Shown here piece by piece: positions 40,435 through 52,900 of a stretch of DNA of 64,000 nucleotides. The stretch is from Camelus ferus. Taxonomy: Eukaryota. The translations under genes and the position numbers were made by a program. The DNA lies in assembly GCF_009834535.1 (NCBI RefSeq), contig NC_045696.1:26228001-26292000 (forward strand), given 5' to 3'. How positions within the stretch are numbered: position 1 is the first letter of the stretch; each line of letters begins with the position of its first letter. The notes beneath the pieces were generated by a model. The model searched no databases. It was given only the letters and a program-made list of their open reading frames with translations, and was not told the DNA's origin.

Positions 40435-42910
40435 AATTGATATACTTGAATTTAAGTATCTTAAATGAACAATCTATGAATCTGATTATTTTCTTTCTAC
40501 ACCAGGACTGTAGACTCAAAAAAGAACTTTTCCTATCTATCAATGGAAAACAGTTTATTTCAAGTAATATTTAATTAAAAAACTAATAAGAAAATATCTT
40601 GAAATCAAATTAATACTAAGAAATGTGAAAATAGTTGTTTTTTAAAAATCAGAAATTTCTCTTTAAAATATTTATATTTTAGAGGAAATTTTAAGTATGG
40701 ATTTAAAAGTTTCAGAAGAGTGTCTTCCATCTAAAGTCTAACTATCATGTTGTAGTCCATGTTAACTAGCTTGAAGACAGATACTAATTGTACCCCCAAT
40801 TTGTAATGCATCAGTTTAGCACTATTGATCTGCTAAAAAAATGAAAGTGTACTAAGCAAGAACCAGTCTCAATATGAAGCAATGATATATTGATTCCATC
40901 TGACAATGCTTTGTCTACCGATCAATGTGTACAGGCAACAGAGGCCAGTTAAGAATGAAACAGGGTGGGGAAAGGTCAGGAAAGAAATAGGGTATCTCAG
41001 ATCATTGGAGACCATGAAATGAACATATCTTAAATTTCATCTGATAGGTGTTTATAAAGGAATTTGGTAGGTTTACCGTGTAAAAAATTCACAACATAAA
41101 CATTTAGTTACTAACATACAACACCCGGATCAGAGGAGCCACTTTGACGAAATTAAGACTCCATTCTTAATTGAGAATGACTTTGTAGTGAAGTTGTGAG
41201 ATAATGACATTATCCGAACTCAGCCTTGCTCTCATTTCACCATATGTGATTTTTTTTTTCTTTAAAAAACCTGTTTCCCATTCCCTGTATTGAACACTTA
41301 CAGTATTCAAATGTCCTTAAGTCCAGAATTCCTGGATACCTCCCTCTAGACGTTATTACAGATCCTAATAGTTGACCTATATAATCCTCTGGGAACCAAA
41401 GGCTGCTTTAACTTTTGGTCTTTTTCAGGTTTTTATTAGAATAGGCACTTTCAGCTTGACAACAGAATTTAATGTGAAACATATAATGGCATATTATTCA
41501 ATACATCTCTTGTGTCTTTCATGACATTTTGGTCCCATCAGTTTGACCCCTTCCCAAACAGGGCCTTGTATTTATTAGTTCATAATTTCATTAGCTTTAT
41601 ATAAATCTTTAACATTTGAATGTTGATTCATTTCTTTAAAATCTTTTCTTATTACTCTGAGCATGTGTTATGACTTTGGATTTAACTCTTTAATTAATGT
41701 TGATCCTATATAGCTATGCTTGATCTTAGCTGAATGTGTGTGATTTGTAATACAGTTGCTTCATAGGTTTTCCAACCCATGTTTTATATTATCTTCAGAT
41801 TTTCTTAAGTTTCAGGTTTAAAAAAATCAGGTATGTCATGTTGGGTTGATGAACGTTTGAGAGATGGAAGAAATATTTTGTAGCATAATCATAACATAGT
41901 CATTCATCAGACTGCCAGCTTTCCCCTCTGTGGAATGAAATGTAATATGTTATAGTGAAATATATGCATATGCAAAAAATTATTTTTGCATAGTCTTAAC
42001 CACTATATTATAGAACCAGAGAAGGCTAATTGCAATATGGAAAAAAAATAGTCTCCCACTCATTTTCTAATCCACCTCCCCACCCCCACTGCCACAGTTC
42101 TTATTTTTTTGGGACTTGTTACATTTTAAGAGCAAAACTAGGTGTCAGCCTGTATCAACATTGATGCTTTAAGAATAAAAATACTCTATTTTATGAATTA
42201 TTCAAGTTAGCATGTCTTTGGGGATTTTTGAGGATTCAAATGTGGTCAGATGTGACCTTCTGAGATGATACAAGAGGAATATAGAAACTAATTTATGTGT
42301 AGAAATACTGGATTTCAAAAGAAAATAATATATAAAATAATCAGAACACTATCTGCAAAAAATTATGCAGTTTGGAGTTTTCTTATATTTTTTTAAAGCC
42401 AATTTAAGTGTCTATTTTGATATAAAACCTAAGGAATAAAGAAAAATTTGATAGCTTATGTCCAAAGGAAGTATCTGTCAACTCAAAAAATTCAGTAGCT
42501 ATGCAGTAACACATAACACATGTTCACCATCTTTGTTAATGCAGCTTATTTTAGCATTAAGAAGTGTGAGTCTTCTATACTAGCAATCCTTGGACGACTG
42601 TATGTATATATACAATTTTCTACTTTTATATACCTTCTGACTCAGGTCTAGTACATTGCAATTGTAATACATGCAAGGAAATATGTTGTTAAATCCCTTA
42701 CATATTCCAAATCTCTTGTCATTCACAATTCACACAGAGTGACAGAATTTTTTTTTTTAAACTGTGGTCCTGCCATGTGGCAGGAGCATAAACAATTCAC
42801 CATTAACTTGGTCTATCAGCATTAAAATACTTTGAATAATTGATAAATTATTTTTTTAATTTATGATTTCTAAAATTTGGTTCATAATATTAGAATTTTT
42901 TATTTGATAT

Positions 42911-43600
42911 TGTTACCAAATTCAAGCTCATACTGCTCACCATACAACAGACCAATTAATAGAGAGATGAGGTATTGGGTCAAAAAATAGTGGACTTTTT
43001 TCAGAAAGCCAGCAGACAGAGAAAATGGTGGACTAGTGTCCCAAAGAACCATTTTATCAGAGTTAGAATCCAGCCTTCTTTTGTGCTAAAAGGGGAGGGT
43101 TGTGATTAGTTGTTGCAAACTTCTTGGTGCCAGAATCCTTTGTTCTTGCAGCTGCTCAGGAAGATCTAGCCACAGTGTTTCTGTAAACCTCCAAGAAGAC
43201 AATTGTTATTCTCTTCCACAACTTTTCATCTTTATATGACTGAAGTGTTGTACCTTTAAAAGTCAAGCCTGGGGTAGGGTATAGCTCAGTGGTAGGGTGC
43301 ATGCCTAGCACACCAAAGGTCCTGGGTTCAATCCCCAGTACCTCCACTGAAATAAATAAATAAACCTAGTTACCTCTCCCCAAAGCCAAAAAAATATATA
43401 TATAATAAAAAATGAAAGTCAAGCCTGGAGGCAGAGCCTTGAGAATAGACTATCATGTATATTTCAGGCTACAGGTAACATTCTTTTACAAGGGTTCAGA
43501 GCCAGCATGACTAAGCACAGGCAGAAGGATGCAATGGTTAGAGCTAAAGGAATAGATTCAGTATAGAGTCAGGTTTGTTTTCTGCAAAAGTACTGTTTCA
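42911..43600 (-). mobile_element. ERV1 solo LTR, MER41-like cetartiodactyl family, interrupted by a SINE
   Basis: tgttaccaaattcaagctcatactgctc...tcagaaagccagcagac...atggtggactagtgtcccaaagaaccat...gttgttgcaaacttcttggtgccagaatcctttgttcttgcagctg...ggcagagccttgagaat...ggttagagctaaaggaatagat. Right boundary uncertain (43586-43600); family and orientation from recalled consensus. Confidence 0.8.
43271..43414 (+). mobile_element. Camelid tRNA-Ala-derived SINE (vic-1-type)
   Basis: Pol III A box tagctcagtgg (43282-43292), B box ggttcaatcc (43325-43334), tRNA-Ala(AGC)-like head, AT-rich tail. Perfect TSD aaagtcaagcct (43259-43270 / 43415-43426). Confidence 0.93.
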
Positions 43601-43841
43601 GTTAGGCTCAAAATGTTACTACATTATATTTCCTTTCCTTTTACAAAACTTGTGCTCAGGAACTGAAATTATAATATAATATTTATTATAATATATTCAG
43701 AGTCATATATTTATGATTTTAAATCATAATCAAAGGGATAAACCATTGGATTTAAACAGTGATTATGACTACCTTATAAACAAAACTACATGATAGTAAT
43801 TAATAATGTACTTTTTATGTTAGTAAAAGAAACATAGTTTT

Positions 43842-44137
43842 TTGTTTGTTTTGTTTTGTTTTATTGAAGTATAGTCAGTTACAATGTGTCAATGTCTGGT
43901 ATACAGCGCAATGTCCCAGTCATATACACACATATACTTGTTTTTATATTCTTTTCCTTTAAAGGTTATTACAAGATACTGAATATAGCCCCCTGTGCTA
44001 TACAGAAGAAATTTGTTTTTAAATATAGTGGCTAACGTTTGCAAATCTCAAACTCCCAGATTTATCCCTTCCCACCTCCTTTCCCCCTGGTAACCATAAG
44101 ATTGTTTACTATGTCTGGGAGTCTGTTTCTGTTTTAT
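43842..44137 (-). mobile_element. 5'-truncated camelid-type L1 3' end with TSD
   Basis: (tttg)n tail, ttattgaagtatagtcagttacaatgtgtc...ccctgtgctatacagaagaa...ggtaaccataagattg. Perfect 14-bp TSD agaaacatagtttt (43828-43841 / 44138-44151). Confidence 0.95.
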
Positions 44138-45230
44138 AGAAACATAGTTTTAAGCACCCCTTATTAAAGCATCTAATTGTAGTTTGTTTCTTACACTTGG
44201 TTTCTTTATTTCTTACGCAGTGTTTGTATAGAACTGAAGCATAGCTAAGCCTTCTAAATGAAATGAAGCTAGAAAAATTCGTTGATTAATCGTATCATCC
44301 ATCACAACCTTACAAATAAGTGAGGGAATTTGATACTGTTTTCACAATCTAGCATAGAAAATGGCAGAGTTTTTTTGAATTGGTGATAACCCTACTCACT
44401 CAAAATTCCTCCTGGAAATTCAAAGAAAGTCTCCTTTGAAAATGTCTGTGGTGAAATATGGCAGCCTTTTTTAAATACCCTCTGTCCTCTTGCCAGCCTA
44501 TTCTTAGTATTTGGATGGCAGAACTTATCAGTTGGAAGCCCAGACACTACAGTATGCAAAGCTAGGATAATAAATAAAGTGTACTAGTATGGAAATGAAA
44601 ATCTATGCCTTATAGCAACTTAAAACATTCTCAAGATTTAGGTTACCTTACATATGATGTCTTGGAGATGTGTGCTGTCTTGCAATACCTAGCCCCTCCT
44701 CTTTGATATACACTCAGTTTCAGATAGTAACTTTTCAGTCTATATAGCCTTGAGTGGTCTGGAAAATGCAAGCGTGCTCTCTCTCTCCCTTTCTGTGTAT
44801 ATATATCAGTGCTGGCCTCTAAGGGAACTGAGCAGAAATGGCAGCAGAGACAATAAGATGGCCAAGCAGGACTAATAGTTATCCAAATCGCTGCTCACAT
44901 AGACCGATTTCCTAGCATTTCAGACCTGACACAATTGCATCAGGTGTTAAATCTGTATATAATACATACTTAGAGAGAGAGTACAGACACAATCTGTGAC
45001 AAAGTAGCCTTACTTACTAGAACACTTGAGGCCGTTTAGGGTGAAAAGTTTGTTTCTGAAAAGGAGTATTTAAAGGGGAGAAGACACCCATACATACATA
45101 CATATATGATATTATGTACTCATATATATATTACAGTAACATTAATACATGTGTCTTTTATATATAAATCAAGGATCTTAAATGTATGTACTTAACTACT
45201 TATATTGTAAGTATTTAAAAATGTAAATAC

Positions 45231-45415
45231 CTTATGTATAAAATAAATAATCAACAAGGATATATTGTACAGCACAAAGAAATATAGTCATTATTTTGTA
45301 ATACCTTTAAATGGAGTACAGTCTATAAAAATATTGAATCATCATGCTGTACACCTGAAACTAATGTAATACTGTAAATCAACTATACTTCAATAAAGCA
45401 TTAACTAAAAAAATT
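45231..45415 (+). mobile_element. 5'-truncated L1 3' end with TSD
   Basis: caacaaggatatattgtacagcaca...gaatcatcatgctgtacacctgaaactaatgtaatactgtaaatcaactatacttcaataaa. TSD aaaatgtaaatac (45218-45230) / aaagtataaatac (45416-45428). Confidence 0.9.
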
Positions 45416-45490
45416 AAAGTATAAATACTGTTCTTACCTCACTAATCCTATGAAAATTGGTAATGGACCAATTTGACCCTTGGGCTGTTA
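45367..45490 (+). repeat. Copy 1 (donor) of a 124-bp local direct duplication
   Basis: Aligns ungapped to 46647-46770 with 7 mismatches, all transitions. Confidence 0.95.
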
Positions 45491-46582
45491 TTTGTGGACC
45501 TCTATACTAGATTATACTTTTTAAAAGTACTTACAAAATGAGAGAGATTTCTTTTGTGGAGGATGTGTTACTAAACAACTATCATAGGAAACTGAATAAA
45601 TTATATTGGCTTTATTTAAAAAATGAAATAGTTTCTTAAAGTAGTATTACATATAGAAATATTAAATTGGTAGTGTTCTGTATTTTCAAAGTCATTTAAA
45701 ATGAAAGCATCCTCACTAGTTCAAGGGAAAGAAAATTGGAACCATTATAATTGAAGAAGACAAAAAATACCAAAGAACATTATATGTAATTTAAATTCTT
45801 ATAGTTAACCATCAGCTTTGGCAGCTAATTTTCTGAATGTCAGTTAAACAGAATAGAACTTTCTATTTACTATTAGCCATTAAATTAATAGCAAAAAATG
45901 AATGATATCTTTCAAGTCATTAAGAAGCAATTAACATCTTAAAATTTCCAGAATCTGGACTCATCACTTTTTTTAAACAGCACTATCTGCTTTGCTCGGG
46001 ACTTAGACATGATGATCAAGGAAATATGTTAAACTGTGAGGAATATGTCATTTTTAAAAGGAAATAATTTGATAATTTTTCCATTGCATTAAATCTGTAT
46101 TTTATCCAGCTGCATAGTTTTGTGGCCTCTTACATGAATTAGTAATTTTGACATCCAAATTAGCTCTGGAAAAGATGATGTACGTGTTTCTTTTCCTTTG
46201 TCCTCTGGCATATGCTGCAATAAATCCTTATGGTGTTCAGATTAGAATAGAACATGATCCATGGGGGAAAAATGTTTTCTTTAAGCATGGAGGCTTCCTT
46301 GTGTCAGTGCAATTTTAGAGAAGGAAACGTCTTCACTATCCCAATACAGGAGTGCAGGGCAACCCTCTAAGGCGAGGATGTCAGTCAATTTTGAAAATTC
46401 TTTTCCCTTCAACGTTTTCTACTCCTTTCTCTCCTCTCTTATTATCCTTTCATTTTCTTTCCTCTTTTCCTTCTCTTCTTTCCTAGAAGAACATTTGTTT
46501 TAACAGGACATTTCATTTTCCACCATGCTGTAGGTCTCTTCTAGACACCCTCCTACATGTCTTGCCTTGTTTTCTAAATGGC

Positions 46583-46646
46583 TTTTCCCCCCCAGATTTA
46601 TTGAGGTATGACTGACAAATAAAGTTGTAAGATATTCAAAGTGTCA
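46583..46646 (-). mobile_element. L1MA-like extreme 3' end, abruptly truncated
   Basis: ttttcccccccagatttattgaggtatgactgacaaataaagttgtaagatattcaaagtgt. Confidence 0.8.
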
Positions 46647-46770
46647 TAATACTGTAAATCAACTATACTTCAATAAAACATTAACTAAAAAAATTAAAAT
46701 GTAAATACTGTTCTTACCTCACTAACCCTATGAAAATTGGTAACGGACCAGTTTGACCCTTGGGCTATTA
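46647..46770 (+). repeat. Copy 2 of the 124-bp local direct duplication
   Basis: taatactgtaaatcaactatacttc...tttgacccttgggctatta, 117/124 identical to 45367-45490. Confidence 0.95.
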
Positions 46771-48204
46771 CATACTGGTCTGGTACTGGCCTAGCAGGCA
46801 GCCTTGTAGTGTTTATTGAATAAATGATGTAGCAAAAGGATGTGCAAATGGAAATGAAGTTTTTACTTAATCTATAGTTTTAAAATTACGAGATACTTAA
46901 ACATCTATACATTGTTCAATGTGAGAAACAAAGAATATAAATGTAGCTAAAATGCATAAATCATTTCCATTTATGTTAGCCTACTATGTATTTGCTGTAA
47001 CCATGAGATAGTTGAATAAAATGACCATTGCTAATACCAATCCTTTCTCATGATGCTTTTTAACCTTGTCTTTACTTATGATACATTCTTACATCACTTG
47101 GTCAATAAAAAGCCTAATTTTTCATATTGGTGGGTATAATGTGCCTACTGAAACGAGAATTTTGCCCCTGTAATTATTTCCATACGCCATTTTAAGTCTT
47201 TTTTTTTTTTTTTTGTACTGAATAGCAAAATTCATTGATGATTTGGGAGTCTTCTTATATAAATAAAAGTTAAATTGTAGCAATGCCTATTGACTTTTTC
47301 AAAAAACTATAACAATTTTATGTTTACAAGCACGAAGATTTCTTTTTATAATGAGATGAGCATATGGCTTTAGTATTTATATCATGCACTGATTAAGCAT
47401 CTCAGCCAATATATATGGATCATTACATGATAAATGAAAGTTTCTCTCTCTTTTTTTTTTATTATTCTATAAAGAGCAAAGTGAATCATTAAAGGCTAAA
47501 TTCATTGTGTTTATAGTAAAGTAAACAGCTATCGTTTCCTGTGTTTCACTTTGAACAATTGTCTTAAAATTTCCCTAACTCCTTTCACCTATGTGAAAGG
47601 CCAATTTTATATTTCTCTGTTGATTCTTATTTGGAAAGAAGCAAAGTCTAACCTAGTGTACAGTCTTGATATTGGTTATTTTTTGCTAGGTCCCTTTTCC
47701 ATTTCCACCACTATGAATTTACCTGGTTCCTGAAACTGCCTCTCCAGAAACATTTGAGGGTAGGTGGAAGGAATGGGAGGAGAGGCTCTCTCACTGAGCA
47801 CTCAGATCCAGAAAGAGCCCTCAGTCTACCTTCTTTTCTTTCTCACTTCCCTGTTTGTCCCTTTCCTGCCATAGGTCTTTTTAGATTTCCAAAATCAATG
47901 TAATTCTTCCTGGCAAAGATTCCACACTGAGTTTGCCAAGTCAATACCCAGTGGAGAAGATACAGGTGAGAAGCGTGGAGTATTCAGTAGGGTGTTCTAT
48001 ACGTTAGCCTCTCCTTGTGAGCATCTCCTCTTTGATTTGGGGGCTTGACCCCCTGTGGCCTTCATTGTCCAACTGGTTTTACAATAGAGCAGCTCTTTTT
48101 CATTTCTTTTGGTTTTTGAGCATTGTATTCTTTAATTTAATCAAATAAATATGTTTTGAAGTCCACTGTGCAAAACATGCAATGTTTTCAGAAGAGTGAC
48201 AGGA

Positions 48205-48205
<1 letters not shown>

Positions 48206-48250
<45 letters not shown>
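48206..48250. repeat. Compound (TG)16(TA)6 microsatellite
   Basis: Perfect TG run 48206-48237 followed directly by a TA run. Confidence 0.95.
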
Positions 48251-49769
48251 TGCATATATATGTATGCATGCATATTGCATAAGGTAATATAGGGTAAAAA
48301 TAGGATAACAATTGTTGAGTTAAAAGTACCAACACTCTAACATTATTGTTAAACAGTACATAAAAAGCATTTTGGGAAGATTAAAACTTATAGATACTAA
48401 GAAAATAGGTATTTTCATGTCTGAATTTAAATAAGGAAAGAATTCCTTTATAAAACGAGTTGCACTGCATAAGAAGTCAGTATTCCAAAGGACATCTGTG
48501 TAAGCAAGGTCTTTGGGATTAAATTGAAGAAAAATGATCACCCAGAGTAAAAGTTACGAAGTAAGTGTCATTGGTCGAGGTTTTTAAAGTGACTTTTTTT
48601 ACTCTTGTAAAAAACAAAAAGTGCTCATTTCTAAACTTTAAAAATCACTTTTGGGGAATAAGCTTGAAGATACTGAAGGAGTGCTACTTTAAGCTGTTCA
48701 TCTGTTCAGCAATTCAAAGAAAACAGAAATTCTAAATGATTAATTTTGCTGATGCTTATCAATATTTTGTTTTTGGAGTAAGGAAAGCTTTAACGCATCT
48801 TAATCTGAGTTTTTTTTTTTTTTAGGTTTAAACATAAAACATTTCAGAATTGATTTCTAAGTTAAAATGTAAGAATAATATGAAATTTACAATGATGAAT
48901 CCTTCCATGCTGCTATTTCCAGTTCAAAATAGATAGTGGCCATTATCCAAGACCACCTATTATGTAAGAGAACAGTACAGTTTTCAAAATTTTTTCCAGC
49001 CAATGGAAAAGTTTTCAAAAGCAGAACTCTTAATATATAAAACATAATTAAAAAGTGTTTAAAGAGATATCATGATTATGAATGTCTGATAAACATCCAA
49101 AACTGATGAATATCAAAATAATCTAGACTACAACTTCATGTTGGTATGACATATTACATCATTTGGTATCAGTCAGATGACCAAAGCACTGTGATGCATC
49201 CTTATCCAACACAGCAGATGCCCCTGTGTCAACCGGCCCTACCAGAGTACACGTGTGTAGCATTCTCTTTTGCACCATTTTACAAGTGGAAAAGGTTCAC
49301 TTTTTTTTTTAAGTGAACAAGCTTTTAAATTAAAAAAAAAAAAAAAAAAAGCATCAAGTCTAGTGCTAAAACACAACCATCTGACCCAAGATCCACGGCA
49401 GTGTAATGTGTGTGGCTGTCCCATGTAAAGAGTCTAAAGTGGCTTTTAAAACTTTACGCTGCTATGCAAGCATTAGCGATAAGAAGAACTTTCGTTTTCT
49501 ATTTGTTGGTCAGGAAGAGTTTGAGCCTGAGCTCTGAGTCGGGTCAGTTATATTGGCAGCACATACAGTAGTTGTCAAATAGTAGGTTTGGAATATACTA
49601 TTTTTTAGTGCATATTATTTTTATTACATTTGAAGATTTTAGTTTAAAAACAAATTTTAAATGAAAGTCAAATCTAATATTGAGATCCTTAGATACTTCA
49701 TGGAGTACTAGAGCTTGATTGAATGCAATCTGAAGAAAAATAAATGTAAAATCAAAGGTCTTATTTTTG

Positions 49770-49905
49770 CTTATAACATTTATATAGCTCTGAACAGTTT
49801 ATGGAACTATTTCTCATGCATTTTATTCAGTAATCTTTTAAACAATCTTGTCAGATATATGGGCTAGAGTTTCCTTTTCCTGAAAAGGAAACAGACTCAA
49901 AAGAA
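49770..49905 (-). mobile_element. MIR-family fragment, diverged
   Basis: taacatttatatagctctgaacagtttatggaactatttctcatgcatt...aacaatcttgtcagat...aaggaaacagactcaaaaga. Confidence 0.6.
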
Positions 49906-52900
49906 AAATAAATTCAGCTTAACATGGATTTTTCCTCCTTTGAAATCTTAGGTTTCCAAGACCTCTTTCCGTAAGATCTTGGGTAAATGTTGCAACATTA
50001 TTTACATATATTGGTAAATAGTCTAAGTATCAATCACTCTAATTGTCAACTAAAAACAGTGCAGTTCCGCTCAGTTTTATAGCTAAGTTATTGTCAATAC
50101 CATGACACACCTTTTCAGAATGATACTGGAGGATAAATGTATGTGCTTTTGGAGTTCTTGGTTTAGAGGCAGGACATTTCTACTGTAAGTGAATTTTATA
50201 AAATAATAGAGCAATTTCAGAAAAAAAATCATAGTTCTCTTTATTTTTCCTTCAAAGCATTTTTACTATGTCCTTCTAAGACACTATTATAAGTAATTTA
50301 TAGTTTAGCATCTTAATCACTTCTCTTATTAATAAAAAGGATTTAGATCCTCTGACTACATCTGGAGTATTCTTCTCTCTCTTCCCCATGCAAGTGGTAG
50401 CTGCATCCCCAGCGGGCCAACATGTCATTGAGGTGGCCGTCTTGGACTAAAAAAGGGGTAAAGGTAACGCTATGGGTTATCTAATAAAGATTGCCTCCCT
50501 CATACCAAATCTTTTTTTTTTTCTTGATTCCTACGTCACTGTTACCAACCTCACAGCTTCTAAAGTGATCTGTATATAACATCCATCCCAGGCTGCCTAC
50601 TTTATAAATTAAGCAGATTATTCTCACCTCTGATTACTTCTGCATTCATTTCTCATTTATTATTATCCATACCTTCATCTTTCACTTCAGATCATCTCTT
50701 CTGTTTATTCAACATTTCCCTCTAAAGTTCACATAAATAAATTCAAGAATGCTGAGCAGAATTTTAATATTCATATCTTCCCTTTCTACACATGTATTTG
50801 CATAAATTAGTTTAGGTTCATGTCTTTATATATTTTATTAGAAAGACTAACCTAATGGATGCAGAGGATGAGGTTTTAAGAGAATGTAAACTTTTTATGG
50901 TGCTTGGTAGATATGAGCATGTAATTATGCACTTACTCTGATTAGGCAGATATGTATGTATAAAATGTTTACATTTTAATGAACATTCTGTATACATTAA
51001 CTTATGTCTCCATATAAATATCTTCAATAACTCTGTTGAATGTCAGTTTATACCAGTTTCTGCCTGTTGGTGTTTATTAGTTTGTTCTTTGGCAGGGAAG
51101 TTATACTTGGCTACATTCAGTTAATTGAAGCTAACATTTGGCTAATCTGAGAAGTTTTAAAGAGGAAAAAAGAAGTTCAAAAAAGTTCATGGGAATTTTG
51201 GATTTAGCAGCATTGACTGTTCCACAAAGAACAATTGCTGCCCGAACAGTTAAGTCTCTGAGTGAATCACATAGAAAATCCTATTTGGGAAAAGGGTGGC
51301 AGTTACTGAAAAGAGCTCATCTGTTTATCTTGAGCTTTGGGAATTAGGAGAGATCTTTACTTAAGTCATGTATTTATATAGGAAGAGCCTGGATTTCATC
51401 TCTGGTTAGTTAGTATCTCCAGTTGGGGGTTGTCAGCAGAATTGTCACCTGTGTTTGCAGTTTCAGGAGGCAGCCTTGCTAATTGCTGTGACTGAAGCAG
51501 GATGGGCCACATGTCTGCAGTGCAGTGCTTCTCAGTTCCACACCTTGAGCTGGTTTGGTAGGCTCCTTCTTTACATGGCATATTGTCCTTTTTTGGCAGA
51601 TGAAAATGAGTAAGTGATTGATGTGCTACACCAGTTTGGTGACATCTGCTGCTGACATGTTTTGCTTCTTCCTTAGATACAGCCTTTTCGAGGACTGAAG
51701 TAATTCAGTGTCTTAGGAGGATGACTGGCTTGAAAGCAGAAAGTTAGGCACCTGGCTGCCAGCATCGTTAGCCACTGTGCTAATAGTGAAAAGATACATT
51801 GTAAAAAAGTGTAATTTTTTTTAATTTAAGAAAAAAATATGATATTAAAATTAAGACTATTTCAGGATTGCTAACAACCAGTTTGAACATTCAATAATTG
51901 CATATATCTCTAAGTTGACTGAATATAAGGTAAAGTAAACAAACCAACAGCTGATTTGGTGTAGTATGAGCATGTTGACTGCCCACAGAAGAGTCCCTCC
52001 CCCCCCAGTAATTATATATACTTTTTAGTACTGTCACTCTTAAATAGCCATACAAAAATTATCATATATGCTGCCTAAAAGGGACTTTTGACCAAAACTT
52101 ATAAAAGGGAAAGAAAAGATGACCTTTATAATAGTAAATAATTTCATAAAACAAGGTTGGGGATTTTATAAGTTCATCCAAAAAGTCTCTCAATAAGATA
52201 AGAGCACAGTTTAAATGCATACCTAAACTTAATTTGGTAACTATGAAAGCTAGAATTTCCATGATAGTTTCTTAGAAAAAAGAAAGATACATAAAGTTGT
52301 GTTTTTGACTAATTAATTGTACTAGAATAAAAAGGCAACAGTTGCTTTTCAACAGTTTAAAATGTGGTTTTGCAGATTTAAAAATAGCAAGGCTAGCTTT
52401 TCTCTGAAATATAAACCATAGGAACACTTGAAACTATGTCTAATATACTGCATAGGAGAAATAATTACTGAGGATGACATGTAGTAATTGGGTCTGTAAC
52501 TCCAATTACCCTGAGGCATTGACTCATTTAGACTTATGCCTTTATTCATCAGGTTTGTGAGATAAGCTTTTCTGTAGAAATAAATCCAAAGTATCTTCCC
52601 TTGAATTCAAGGATTCCACAACCTTCCTCTCTAGAGAACTAGCAAGAAATCATTGAATTATTTGCTAATTGTGAGCAAAATTTGTATTGATTTTTTTCTG
52701 TCTTTCTAGCTGCTGTTAATAGCATCATACTTCAGGTCACTAAATACTTTTCAGCACAATCTAATTGTCAAAGAATCACTTACTGAGGCAAAATCGTAGA
52801 CATCAAAGACAGCCCCCCCCCCCCCGCCCAGTACACACACGTGCATACAAATACAAAAAGATGATGACACAGGCAGTTAATATTATCTTTCTTCTCCACC

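Noticed and set aside
43271..43346. tRNA-Ala(AGC)-like sequence as a functional tRNA gene
   Set aside because: Disrupted anticodon stem, SINE tail and exact TSD show it is a retroposed SINE
46400..46486. Long polypyrimidine tract ending in AG as a splice acceptor
   Set aside because: No good donor downstream; looks like low-complexity or L2-derived sequence
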